Of a DNA stretch of 52,612 nt, positions 44,932 through 52,612 are shown piece by piece (within the stretch, counting starts at the first letter, position 1; every line of letters starts with the position of its first letter). Location: assembly GCA_041576165.1 (NCBI GenBank), contig JBFGLM010000034.1, forward strand, positions 1 through 52,612, given 5' to 3'. A program made the translations under genes and the position numbers. The DNA comes from Acidimicrobiia bacterium. Lineage in GTDB: Bacteria; Actinomycetota; Acidimicrobiia; Spongiisociales; Spongiisociaceae. The notes under the pieces are model-generated. The model did no database searches, was not told where the DNA came from, and saw only the letters and a list, made by a program, of their open reading frames with translations.

Positions 44932-45763
44932 GCCGTTCCGGTTCGAGTTCTTTCGCAACGGTCTCCTCGTCGCTGCCATCGCCGGAGGCCTGTGTGCCCT
45001 GATCGGAACATATGTGGTCCTGCGAAACATGAGCTACATCGGCCACGGGCTGAGCCATGCCATCTTCGGCGGTGCCGTCGCCAGCTTTCTCGCCGGCGTC
45101 AACTTCTACCTCGGCGCAGGAGCGTGGGGCCTGGCCTCTGCCCTGATGGTCAACCGCGTCGCCCGCCGCCGCACCATCGGAGCCGACGCCGCGATCGGCG
45201 TGATCACCACCGCCAGCTTCGCCCTCGGGGTGGCGCTGATCTCACGCACCAGCGGGTTCACCCGCAACTTCGAAGCGGCTCTGTTCGGCAACGTACTCGG
45301 CGTCGAGCAGACCGATCTGTGGGTCGTCGGCGGGGTGGCCGCCGGAGTGGCGCTGGTGATCGTGGCGCTCTACCGCCCGCTCCTCTTCCTGACGTTCGAC
45401 CCCGAGGTGGCCGAAGTCTTCGGTGTACCGACCGCCCGCCTCGACGCCTTGTTCGCAGTGTTGCTGGCCGCCTCGGTCATCGCCACTATGCAGGTGCTGG
45501 GCGTAACCCTGATCGCGGCGGCACTCGTCATCCCTCCCGTGATCGCCCGCCTGCTCACCGACCAGTTCCGGACGATGCTGGCGTTGTCGGTCATGACCGG
45601 TGTCGTCTCCGGGTTCACCGGCATGTACTTGTCGTTCTATCTCGACATCGCATCCGGGGCGGCGATCGTGCTCACTCAGGGCGTCGCCTTTGCAATCGTC
45701 TATGCACTCACCACCAACCGTCGCCTGGGCCGCCAGCGGCTCGCCTCCGTCACGGCCCATTGA
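44915..45763 (+). CDS. znuB: Metal ABC transporter permease
   Basis: VVLRNMSYIGHGLSHA, DAAIG, LFGNVL, TFDPEVA. Confidence 0.88.
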   Translation: MDILAEPFRFEFFRNGLLVAAIAGGLCALIGTYVVLRNMSYIGHGLSHAIFGGAVASFLAGVNFYLGAGAWGLASALMVNRVARRRTIGADAAIGVITTASFALGVALISRTSGFTRNFEAALFGNVLGVEQTDLWVVGGVAAGVALVIVALYRPLLFLTFDPEVAEVFGVPTARLDALFAVLLAASVIATMQVLGVTLIAAALVIPPVIARLLTDQFRTMLALSVMTGVVSGFTGMYLSFYLDIASGAAIVLTQGVAFAIVYALTTNRRLGRQRLASVTAH

Positions 45764-45796
45764 GCGGCGCCCCGTCGGCGAAATCGGACTGGGGCG

Positions 45797-46255
45797 TCAA
45801 TGGCCGTGTGGGCGGGGTGCGTGATGGATCTCGGCCGCTACGTCCTCGCCGGTGGTCACTCCGCCGGTGATGGTCTGGCAGCGGTTCGGGTCAGTGCAGT
45901 CCGCCGGATCCAGCGCTGCCGCCCGAGCGGTGAGCGTAGCCAGCTGCGTCCGGGTCTTCTGCAAATTGGCGATGTGCCGATCCAGTTCGTCGAGATGGCG
46001 CTCCAGGAGATGCGTGACGTGTTCGCACGTCGATGCACCCTGCTCGCGCAATTCCAGGATCGAGGCGATCTCGGTGAGCGCGAGACCGCTCGCCTGAGCA
46101 TCGCGAATGAACCGGAGCCGATCCACGGTGGATGCGTCATATGAGCGGTAACCGTTGGGCGCACGACCCGGCTCTGGTAGGACGCCGATAGATTCGTAGT
46201 AGCGAATGGTTTTGGTCGAAACACCGGTTTCGTGGGCGATTTCACCGATCTGCAT
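45797..46255 (-). CDS. MerR-family heavy-metal-responsive regulator
   Basis: MQIGEIA..TGVSTKTIRYYESIG, NGYRSY, RLRFIRDAQ; Cys in STCEH and DCTDPNRC; His-rich tail. Confidence 0.93.
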   Translation of the reverse strand: MQIGEIAHETGVSTKTIRYYESIGVLPEPGRAPNGYRSYDASTVDRLRFIRDAQASGLALTEIASILELREQGASTCEHVTHLLERHLDELDRHIANLQKTRTQLATLTARAAALDPADCTDPNRCQTITGGVTTGEDVAAEIHHAPRPHGH

Positions 46256-46271
46256 GCCGTCAGCCTACCGC

Positions 46272-46303
46272 TTGACATTCCAGTCGGATGGAAGGTGTAG
46301 AAC
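46272..46303 (+). promoter_or_regulatory. MerR-type promoter/operator
   Basis: -35 TTGACA (46272-77), 20-nt spacer, -10-like TAGAAC (46298-303); dyad ACATTCCA-N6-TGGAAGGT; divergent TAGGCT 6 nt before the merR ATG (leaderless). Confidence 0.8.
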
Positions 46304-46341
46304 AGGCACGACACGGGTATCGCCCACCAAGGAGTCACACC

Positions 46342-48402
46342 ATGCTCGATCATCTGCATAATTCCACTTCTTCCGCACCCCCCGACGAAGTCAGTCAGGC
46401 GGAACACGGTGGGCAGGGCGCCGGCCACGACAAGCACGAGGGTCATAGTCCCGAGATGTTCCGCGACCGGCTGTGGATCAGCCTGATCCTCACCGTTCCG
46501 ATCATCTACTTCTCAGAGCAGATCCAGGAGTGGTTCGGGTACGAGGCAGTCACGTTCCCGGGCGTGGAATGGGTCAGTCCGATCCTCTCCACCGTGCTCT
46601 TCTTCTACGCCGGTGCGGTATTCCTGCTGGGCGGTTACCGGGAGCTCGAGCACCGTCAGCCCGGCATGATGACACTGATCTCCCTCGCCATCTCCGTCGC
46701 GTATTTCTACAGCCTGTCCGTGTCGCTCGGCGTCGACGGCATGCCATTCTATTGGGAGCTCGCGACGCTGCTCGACGTCATGCTGCTGGGCCACTGGATG
46801 GAGATGCGGTCGGTCCAGTCTGCGTCAAAAGCTCTGGAGCACCTGGCTGCCATGGTGCCGACGGTGGCGCACCGGATTGACGCCGACGGCAACATCGAAG
46901 ACGTCGACGTTTTCAGCCTCGCCGACGGCGACCGGATACTCATTCGACCCGGTGAGCAGGTCCCGTCCGACGGGGACATCATCGATGGGGCTTCGAGTAT
47001 GAACGAAGCCTTTCTGACCGGCGAGTCGCGCCCGGTCTCCAAGAAGGTCGGCGACGAGGTGATCGCCGGTGCCGTGAATGGCGAAGGCGCCGTCACAGTG
47101 CAGATCACCCGAACGGGCGATGAAACGACTCTGAGCCAGATCATGCGACTCGTCGAAGAAGCACAGGCGTCGCGCTCCCGGTTCCAGGCCCTGGCCGACC
47201 GTGCCGCATTCTGGCTGACCATCATCGCCATCGCGGTTGCGACGCCAACTCTCATCGCATGGGCTGTATTTGGTGACAGCGGGATCAACTTCGCGGTGGC
47301 CCGGGCCGTCACGGTGCTGGTCATCGCCTGCCCGCATGCTTTGGGACTCGCCATTCCTCTCGTGACCATGAACGCCACCGGGATCTCGGCTCGCAACGGG
47401 ATACTCGTTCGGAACCGAGAAGCCTTTGAGCGTGGTCGGAACATCCACTTTGTGGCGTTCGACAAAACCGGCACCCTCACCGAGGGGCGATTCGTCGTCT
47501 CCCAGATTGCCACGGCCGGCAGGGATCGCAACGAGGTGTTGGCGCTTGCCGCCGCCCTCGAACGTTCATCGGAACATCCGCTGGCGGCGGCGATCGTGCA
47601 GGCCGCCGACGAGGCAGGCGTCGATCCACCGGTGGCCGACGACGTCACCGCGGTGCCCGGCCAAGGCCTCGAAGGCAAAGTGGGCGACCGCCTTCTGCGG
47701 GTCGGGCGTCCAGAGTGGGCAGTCGAGCTGGGTGTAGCGATGCCGGACGGCCTCGCCAGGGCGCTCTCCGAGGCCGATCAGCGCGGGGAGAGCGCCGTCG
47801 TAGTCATGGACGACGGCTCGGCGCTGGCGGTGATCGCTCTGGCCGACAAAGTTCGCGACAGCGCCCGCACAACCATGGAGTTGCTCCACGAGCTCGATGT
47901 GCAGCCGGTGATGATCACCGGCGACGCCCACGCAGTGGCTGCCACCGTCGCGCAGCAACTGGGAATCGAACGCTTCTACGCCCGGGTGCTTCCGGCCGAG
48001 AAGGCGCGCATAGTCGAAGAACTGAAACGGGAAAGCGCAACTGCGTTCGTCGGAGATGGGATCAACGACGCGCCGGCGCTACTCGCAGCCGACCTGGGAA
48101 TTGCGATCGGCGCCGGTACGAACGTGGCCATCGAGTCCGCCGACCTCGTGCTGGTTGATGACGACCCAGCGGACGTAGCACGGGCTCTGAAGCTGTCCCG
48201 GGCGACCCATCGCAAGATGATTCAGAACCTGGCCTGGGCCACCGGCTACAACACGATCGCTATTCCGCTGGCCGCGGGAGTGGCGGTGGGGGCAGGCATT
48301 CTCCTCTCCCCCGCCATCGGCGCCCTGTTCATGAGCCTGTCGACTGTGATCGTGGCCATCAACGCCATGCTCTTGCGCCGGACAGACCTGGCGACCAACT
48401 GA
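46342..48402 (+). CDS. copB: P1B-3 (CopB-type) copper-translocating P-type ATPase
   Basis: His-rich N-terminus, LTGES, IACPHALGLAIP, FDKTGTLT, SEHPL, GDGINDAPAL, GYN, MSLST; AAGGAG RBS. Confidence 0.92.
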   Translation: MLDHLHNSTSSAPPDEVSQAEHGGQGAGHDKHEGHSPEMFRDRLWISLILTVPIIYFSEQIQEWFGYEAVTFPGVEWVSPILSTVLFFYAGAVFLLGGYRELEHRQPGMMTLISLAISVAYFYSLSVSLGVDGMPFYWELATLLDVMLLGHWMEMRSVQSASKALEHLAAMVPTVAHRIDADGNIEDVDVFSLADGDRILIRPGEQVPSDGDIIDGASSMNEAFLTGESRPVSKKVGDEVIAGAVNGEGAVTVQITRTGDETTLSQIMRLVEEAQASRSRFQALADRAAFWLTIIAIAVATPTLIAWAVFGDSGINFAVARAVTVLVIACPHALGLAIPLVTMNATGISARNGILVRNREAFERGRNIHFVAFDKTGTLTEGRFVVSQIATAGRDRNEVLALAAALERSSEHPLAAAIVQAADEAGVDPPVADDVTAVPGQGLEGKVGDRLLRVGRPEWAVELGVAMPDGLARALSEADQRGESAVVVMDDGSALAVIALADKVRDSARTTMELLHELDVQPVMITGDAHAVAATVAQQLGIERFYARVLPAEKARIVEELKRESATAFVGDGINDAPALLAADLGIAIGAGTNVAIESADLVLVDDDPADVARALKLSRATHRKMIQNLAWATGYNTIAIPLAAGVAVGAGILLSPAIGALFMSLSTVIVAINAMLLRRTDLATN

Positions 48403-48416
48403 CCCCGTCCGGCGGG

Positions 48417-49559
48417 TCAGCCCATGGTCTGAGCGTCGAACGGCAGCGGCACCACAGTTGCCGTTCGTCGCTCACCTTCGGCATCGATCGCAAGCACGGT
48501 CCCAGGTTCGTTGGCCGGGACGTCAACGAAGGCTATGCCGAGGTTGCGTTGATACCTGGGGGAATAGGCGGCCGCGCGAACCGTCCCGACCGGCTTCCCG
48601 TCTGCTTCCGCCGGCCATGGCCTGATCGCCGGAGGTGCCGCCGCTCCCTCGATGATCAGCCCTACCAGCTCCCTGGTCAGGCCGATGCGGCGCTTCTCCT
48701 CCAGCGCTTTGCGCCCGATGAACTCGACATCGCCGTCGAGGTCGACCCATTTGCCGAGCCCGACCTCATAGGGGTCGGCATCGTCCGGAGCGTCGGTGCG
48801 CAGAGAAAAGAGGCCACTCTCCATACGTTCGATGGAATTCGGGCAGCCGGGCCCAGCGCCGAACGACGCGCCGGCGGCCATCACCGCGTGCCACAGTTCC
48901 GTCCCCCGGGACGGGTCGAGCAGGTAGAGCTCGAAGCCACCCTGCTTTGACCACCCCGACCGTCCTACCAGCATCTGAATCTCGTCGACGCTGAAAGCCT
49001 GGAATCGAAAGAATCCGACCTTGCGGACGGCCTCCCCCAACAGTGCGGCGACCACGTCTTCCGCCCGAGGACCCTGCACGGCCAGCGGTGCGACATCCAG
49101 TTCGGTCACTTCGACGTCGCATCCACGCTCGTAGGCAACCGCCCGAGCCCAAAGCAGGACGTCGTTGTCGGCGATCGAGAACCAGTAGGCGTCCTCGGCT
49201 GCCCGCAACAGCAGCGGGTCGTTGACCAGCCGTCCGTGGTGGTCGCACATAGGGACGTACTTGCCCTGACCAATGGACATCCGGCCGATGTCCCGTGTGG
49301 CCAAGAGTTGGGCGAGTGGGGCGGCGTCGGGGCCGGCTAGCTCGATCTGACGTTGCGCCGCCACGTCCCACACGGCCGCGGTCTCCGTCAAACGTCGGTA
49401 CTCCGCCTTGGGATCGCCGTACCCGAGCGGCAGCAGCATGTGGTTATAGACGGTGAAGTGCGTGACGCCGGCCTGCACAGTCGCATCGAAGTACGGGGAG
49501 GTCCGGACCCGGGCACCGAGGCCGAGTCCGAAGTCGAAACCGGTGGTCCACCTCGCCAT
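48417..49559 (-). CDS. GcvT-family THF-dependent aminomethyltransferase/demethylase, DmdA-like
   Basis: FTVYNHMLLP, VWDVAAQRQIE..GPDA, NDPLL, LAVQGP, RSGWSKQGGFELYL, IERMESGL. Substrate not established. Confidence 0.85.
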   Translation of the reverse strand: MARWTTGFDFGLGLGARVRTSPYFDATVQAGVTHFTVYNHMLLPLGYGDPKAEYRRLTETAAVWDVAAQRQIELAGPDAAPLAQLLATRDIGRMSIGQGKYVPMCDHHGRLVNDPLLLRAAEDAYWFSIADNDVLLWARAVAYERGCDVEVTELDVAPLAVQGPRAEDVVAALLGEAVRKVGFFRFQAFSVDEIQMLVGRSGWSKQGGFELYLLDPSRGTELWHAVMAAGASFGAGPGCPNSIERMESGLFSLRTDAPDDADPYEVGLGKWVDLDGDVEFIGRKALEEKRRIGLTRELVGLIIEGAAAPPAIRPWPAEADGKPVGTVRAAAYSPRYQRNLGIAFVDVPANEPGTVLAIDAEGERRTATVVPLPFDAQTMG

Positions 49560-49571
49560 GCAATGTTCCTA

Positions 49572-50744
49572 TCAGATGATCCGGCCGGCGTGCTCGAACA
49601 CCGGATGCTCGTCGATGATGCGTTGGGGCCCGAGGCGGCCGAGGTCCAGCGTCACCGGTAGGTCGAGGATGAGCTCGGCCAGATACCGACCCACCGCATG
49701 ACACTGCTGGAATCCGTGTCCACTGAAGCCGTTAGCCAGGTAGAAGCCGCGCAGCTCAGGCCATTCACCGAGGATGGCGTTGCCGTCAAGCGTGTTGACT
49801 GCGTAGAGACCTGCCCAGCCTCCCATCACATTGAGCCGGTCGAACTCCGGCAAGTGCGACACGATCTCTGGCCACACTGTGTCGTAGAAGCCGGCGCGCG
49901 AGAATGTGAAGTCGTAACCCACCGGGTCGGACTGGCGCGACCATGACATGAGGAAGGTCCGGGGGCCCTCGGGCAGCACGTACGCACCCGAGGGCAGGAA
50001 GATGCTCGGCAGGGCGACCTCTGGGGCCGTTGGGGTTTCCACAGTGAACACGGTGCGCATCACCGGCTCCACCGGCAGATCGACCCCAACGGTTTCGGCC
50101 AGCCCGGCCGCCCAGGCTCCTGCCGCATTGACGACGACCTCGCTTTGCAGGCGATCACCGGAGGCCAGCGTGACCCCCCGAACGGCCCCGCCGGAGGCCT
50201 CGATCCGGCTCACGGTCCCTTCGATGAAGCGGGCACCCAGAGCCGCAGATCTGCGCCGGTATCCCTGCAACACTGCAGTCGGATCGACCGACCCGTCATC
50301 CTGGCCAAAGGTGCCGCCCTCGAGGCCTGTCGTCCGGTACAACGGAAACCTCTCGGCGATCTCCTGGGCGGAGAGCCACTCGACGTTGCAGCCCAGCCGC
50401 CGCTGCAACTGCAGGCCCGCTTCTGCCTCCGCCCGCGTCGCGGCGTCGACCGTGAACAGGTTGCCCTGCCGGCGGCAGGCCGGTTCGGGCCGGACGCCGT
50501 CGACTTCAAAGTCATCCGCGAAGGACGCGAGGACCTCCATTGCGTATTGCGACATGCGGATGTTCTCTTCGAGGTTGAACTGGATCCGCACGTTGCCATC
50601 CGAGAGCGTTGTGGAGGCGTAGCGATAGGTCGGGTCCCGCTCAACGACCGCAACGGACAGCCCCGGGTCGCGGGCCAGCAGGTGGTAGGCGGTGGCGCAT
50701 CCCATGACGGCCCCGCCCGCGATCACAACGTCGTGGTTCACCAC
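49572..50744 (-). CDS. DAO-family FAD-dependent oxidoreductase
   Basis: IAGGAVMG, VERDPTY, VVNAAGAWA, WAGLY, ANGFSGHGFQQ. Confidence 0.9.
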   Translation of the reverse strand: MVNHDVVIAGGAVMGCATAYHLLARDPGLSVAVVERDPTYRYASTTLSDGNVRIQFNLEENIRMSQYAMEVLASFADDFEVDGVRPEPACRRQGNLFTVDAATRAEAEAGLQLQRRLGCNVEWLSAQEIAERFPLYRTTGLEGGTFGQDDGSVDPTAVLQGYRRRSAALGARFIEGTVSRIEASGGAVRGVTLASGDRLQSEVVVNAAGAWAAGLAETVGVDLPVEPVMRTVFTVETPTAPEVALPSIFLPSGAYVLPEGPRTFLMSWSRQSDPVGYDFTFSRAGFYDTVWPEIVSHLPEFDRLNVMGGWAGLYAVNTLDGNAILGEWPELRGFYLANGFSGHGFQQCHAVGRYLAELILDLPVTLDLGRLGPQRIIDEHPVFEHAGRII

Positions 50745-51445
50745 TACACCGCGCGGGTGATCCCGCCGTCCACCCGAATGTTCTGACCCGTGATGTAGGA
50801 CGCGTCATCCGACAGCAGAAAGGCGACTGCGGCGGCAACCTCATCGGTCCGCCCGTAACGCCCGGTCGGGATGGCCGCCACATTCTCAGGGGACTCCGGA
50901 AAGCTGTCGATGAAACCAGGCAACACGTTGTTCATCCGAATGCCCGCCGCCGCATATTGATCGGCGTAGAGCTTCGTAAAGCCGGCCAGCGCGGCTCGCA
51001 GACTCGACGACACCGGGAAAACCGGACTCGGCTCGAACGCGGCGAACGTCGATATGTTCACGATCACACCTCCGCCTTCCGCCTCCATTCCGGGCGTGAC
51101 CAGGCGGGCCATGCGAACCACGTTGAGAACCGTCAGGTCGAGCCCCACATGCCATGCATCGTCGGGGATCTCCAGCAGCGGGCCCTTGGGAGGGTGCCCC
51201 GTATTGTTCACAACCGCATCGATCCGTCCGAAGGCGCCGCGAGCGGCGTCCACCAGCCGCGCGAGATCATCGGGCTCCGTCACCGACCCGGTGACGCCGA
51301 CGGCGTCAATCTCATCGGCGAGAGCCTCAGCCCCGCCCGAATTGGACATGAGTGCCAGCTGATAGCCGTCCTTGTACAGCCGTCGTGCGATCGCCGCCCC
51401 CATCCCCTGGCCGGCGGCGGTGACGATGGCAGCCCGCCCGCTCAT
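50744..51445 (-). CDS. SDR family oxidoreductase
   Basis: VTAAGQGMG, VNNTG, VNIST, NNVLPG, YITGQNIRVDGG; ATG 51445 overlaps the upstream stop. Confidence 0.92.
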   Translation of the reverse strand: MSGRAAIVTAAGQGMGAAIARRLYKDGYQLALMSNSGGAEALADEIDAVGVTGSVTEPDDLARLVDAARGAFGRIDAVVNNTGHPPKGPLLEIPDDAWHVGLDLTVLNVVRMARLVTPGMEAEGGGVIVNISTFAAFEPSPVFPVSSSLRAALAGFTKLYADQYAAAGIRMNNVLPGFIDSFPESPENVAAIPTGRYGRTDEVAAAVAFLLSDDASYITGQNIRVDGGITRAV

Positions 51446-51990
51446 CGGTGCATGGGGTTGCGAATCAGAAGCACGTCGACGGGTGCCTGGCGCACGAGCT
51501 TGGTTCCGGTTGATCCCAGCAGGCCGTCGAATCGTCCGTGCCCATGGCTCCCGATGATGAGCAGCTCGCACTCCTTCTGGTCGATGGTCTGCAAGATCGT
51601 GCGGGCGGTCTGGTTCTCGGTGGTTCTCCAGATGCCCTCAGCATCAATACCTCGCGATGCGAGCAGGTCAACCAGGGGCCGGGTGCGCGCGGTAGCGGTC
51701 GACGCCAGCGCATGCAGGACCGGTGTGTCACCCGGCGCCGGATCGCTGACCGCCCGGATCGGAACCAACCGTTCCGCGGCTCGATCACCGCTCGCCATCG
51801 GATGGCCTGCCTCGTGGGCTATCTCAGCGGCTGCCTTGACACCGCTGCTCCCGAGGCGGTGGAGGAACTCGGCTGGGACGTTGAGCGCGGTCATGATGTA
51901 CACCCGGTCGCCGGGTCGCAGGCAGCGTTCGACGGCGTCGGCGGCCCGCTCGGGATTGAGCGCACCATCCGTTGCCACCATGATGTTCAT
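51442..51990 (-). CDS. Universal stress protein
   Basis: IMVATDG...LLIIGSHGHG...LLGSTGTKLVRQAPVDVLLI. Confidence 0.88.
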   Translation of the reverse strand: MNIMVATDGALNPERAADAVERCLRPGDRVYIMTALNVPAEFLHRLGSSGVKAAAEIAHEAGHPMASGDRAAERLVPIRAVSDPAPGDTPVLHALASTATARTRPLVDLLASRGIDAEGIWRTTENQTARTILQTIDQKECELLIIGSHGHGRFDGLLGSTGTKLVRQAPVDVLLIRNPMHR

Positions 51991-52071
51991 AAACGTCCCT
52001 TCTTCGCCGGCGCATGGTAGGGGCAGGCTCAGCAGGTTGCACTGCGAGCAGGACTGAGCTGCGACCTGTGA

Positions 52072-52612
52072 CTATCCCTGTCGGGCAGCTGCCAGCACCT
52101 CGTCGATCGGCGTTGTGGCCAGGTCGCCCAACTCCTGTACGTACTCATATCCGAAGCGCCCCTTGATGCAGAGGTGCCCCAGAGTGACCGAGTGGTCGAT
52201 TGGCGACGTGACCTTGACGATCCGGTTGTCCTGTACGTGGAGTTCGAGGTTGCAGCCCACGCCGCAATACGAACACACGGTGCGGGTCATCGACTGCTCT
52301 TGTTCGTTCCAGAGATCCGCCTGCCGCAGCTCGAACTCGCTGCGGAACATCAACGCCCCGGTCGGGCAGACGCCGATGCAGTTTCCGCAGAACACACAGG
52401 CAGAGTCGGTCAGCAACGCGTCGAACTCGGTGGAGATCCTTGCGTCGAATCCCCGGCCCGCCACTGCAATTGCGAAGGTGTTCTGGGCATCCTCCCCGCA
52501 CGCCTCGACGCACTTGTAACAGAGGATGCAGCGACCGTAGTCGCGCACGTACAGGTGGTTGTCCACTTTCACGGGTTGATGCACACTCTCGGCACGGGAC
52601 GGATCGGGGGGC
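52072..52612 (-). CDS. Fe-S subunit resembling the N-terminal region of formate dehydrogenase alpha (5' partial)
   Basis: CILCYKCVEAC, CVFCGNCIGVCPTGAL, TVCSYCGVGC...LCIKGRFG; the frame stays open to the window edge and ends before any molybdopterin catalytic domain. Confidence 0.85.
   Translation of the reverse strand, partial: PPDPSRAESVHQPVKVDNHLYVRDYGRCILCYKCVEACGEDAQNTFAIAVAGRGFDARISTEFDALLTDSACVFCGNCIGVCPTGALMFRSEFELRQADLWNEQEQSMTRTVCSYCGVGCNLELHVQDNRIVKVTSPIDHSVTLGHLCIKGRFGYEYVQELGDLATTPIDEVLAAARQG

Noticed and set aside
45767-45797. GC hairpins at gene ends (also 42590-42609 and ~48402-48418)
   Set aside because: Plausible terminators but without U-tracts, and such stems arise easily by chance at this GC content; not called.

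Overview
GC-rich bacterial window, probably from an actinobacterium (Acidimicrobiia-like; an inference from gene content), densely coding, with no rRNA, tRNA or CRISPR array recognised. From left to right: (1) the 3' end of a DUF222-type HNH gene, an enoyl-CoA hydratase, a broken SnoaL-type gene and meaB. (2) A ~13 kb signalling locus (2.5-15.6 kb): six tandem, translationally coupled membrane-protein paralogues, an SRPBCC protein, a GAF-fragment/PP2C/HATPase protein, two STAS proteins and a divergent SARP/BTAD-AAA-TPR regulator, with 11-bp-spaced GTAACG repeats upstream of three genes. Each paralogue ends in what looks like the first third of a GAF domain, and the phosphatase begins with the remainder, suggesting a split-GAF, many-receptors/one-output system. 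This is the best candidate for an undescribed system. (3) NifU-C, SpoIID and the RDD/SpoIIM/DUF58/MoxR/DUF4350/DUF4129 cluster, an Asp-type murA and an F420 nitroreductase frameshifted at a G7 run. (4) A methylamine/betaine demethylation and C1 cluster: OYE-type demethylase, folD, metF, non-pyrrolysine MttB, RACo, split methionine-synthase modules, a GcvT-fused dehydrogenase and ETF, with palindromic operators and a SAM-II-like riboswitch. (5) zur-znuACB-like genes and MerR/P1B-3 ATPase. (6) A DmdA-like gene, a DAO-family oxidoreductase, an SDR, a USP and part of an FDH-type Fe-S subunit. All calls come from motif recognition by eye; no database search was run.
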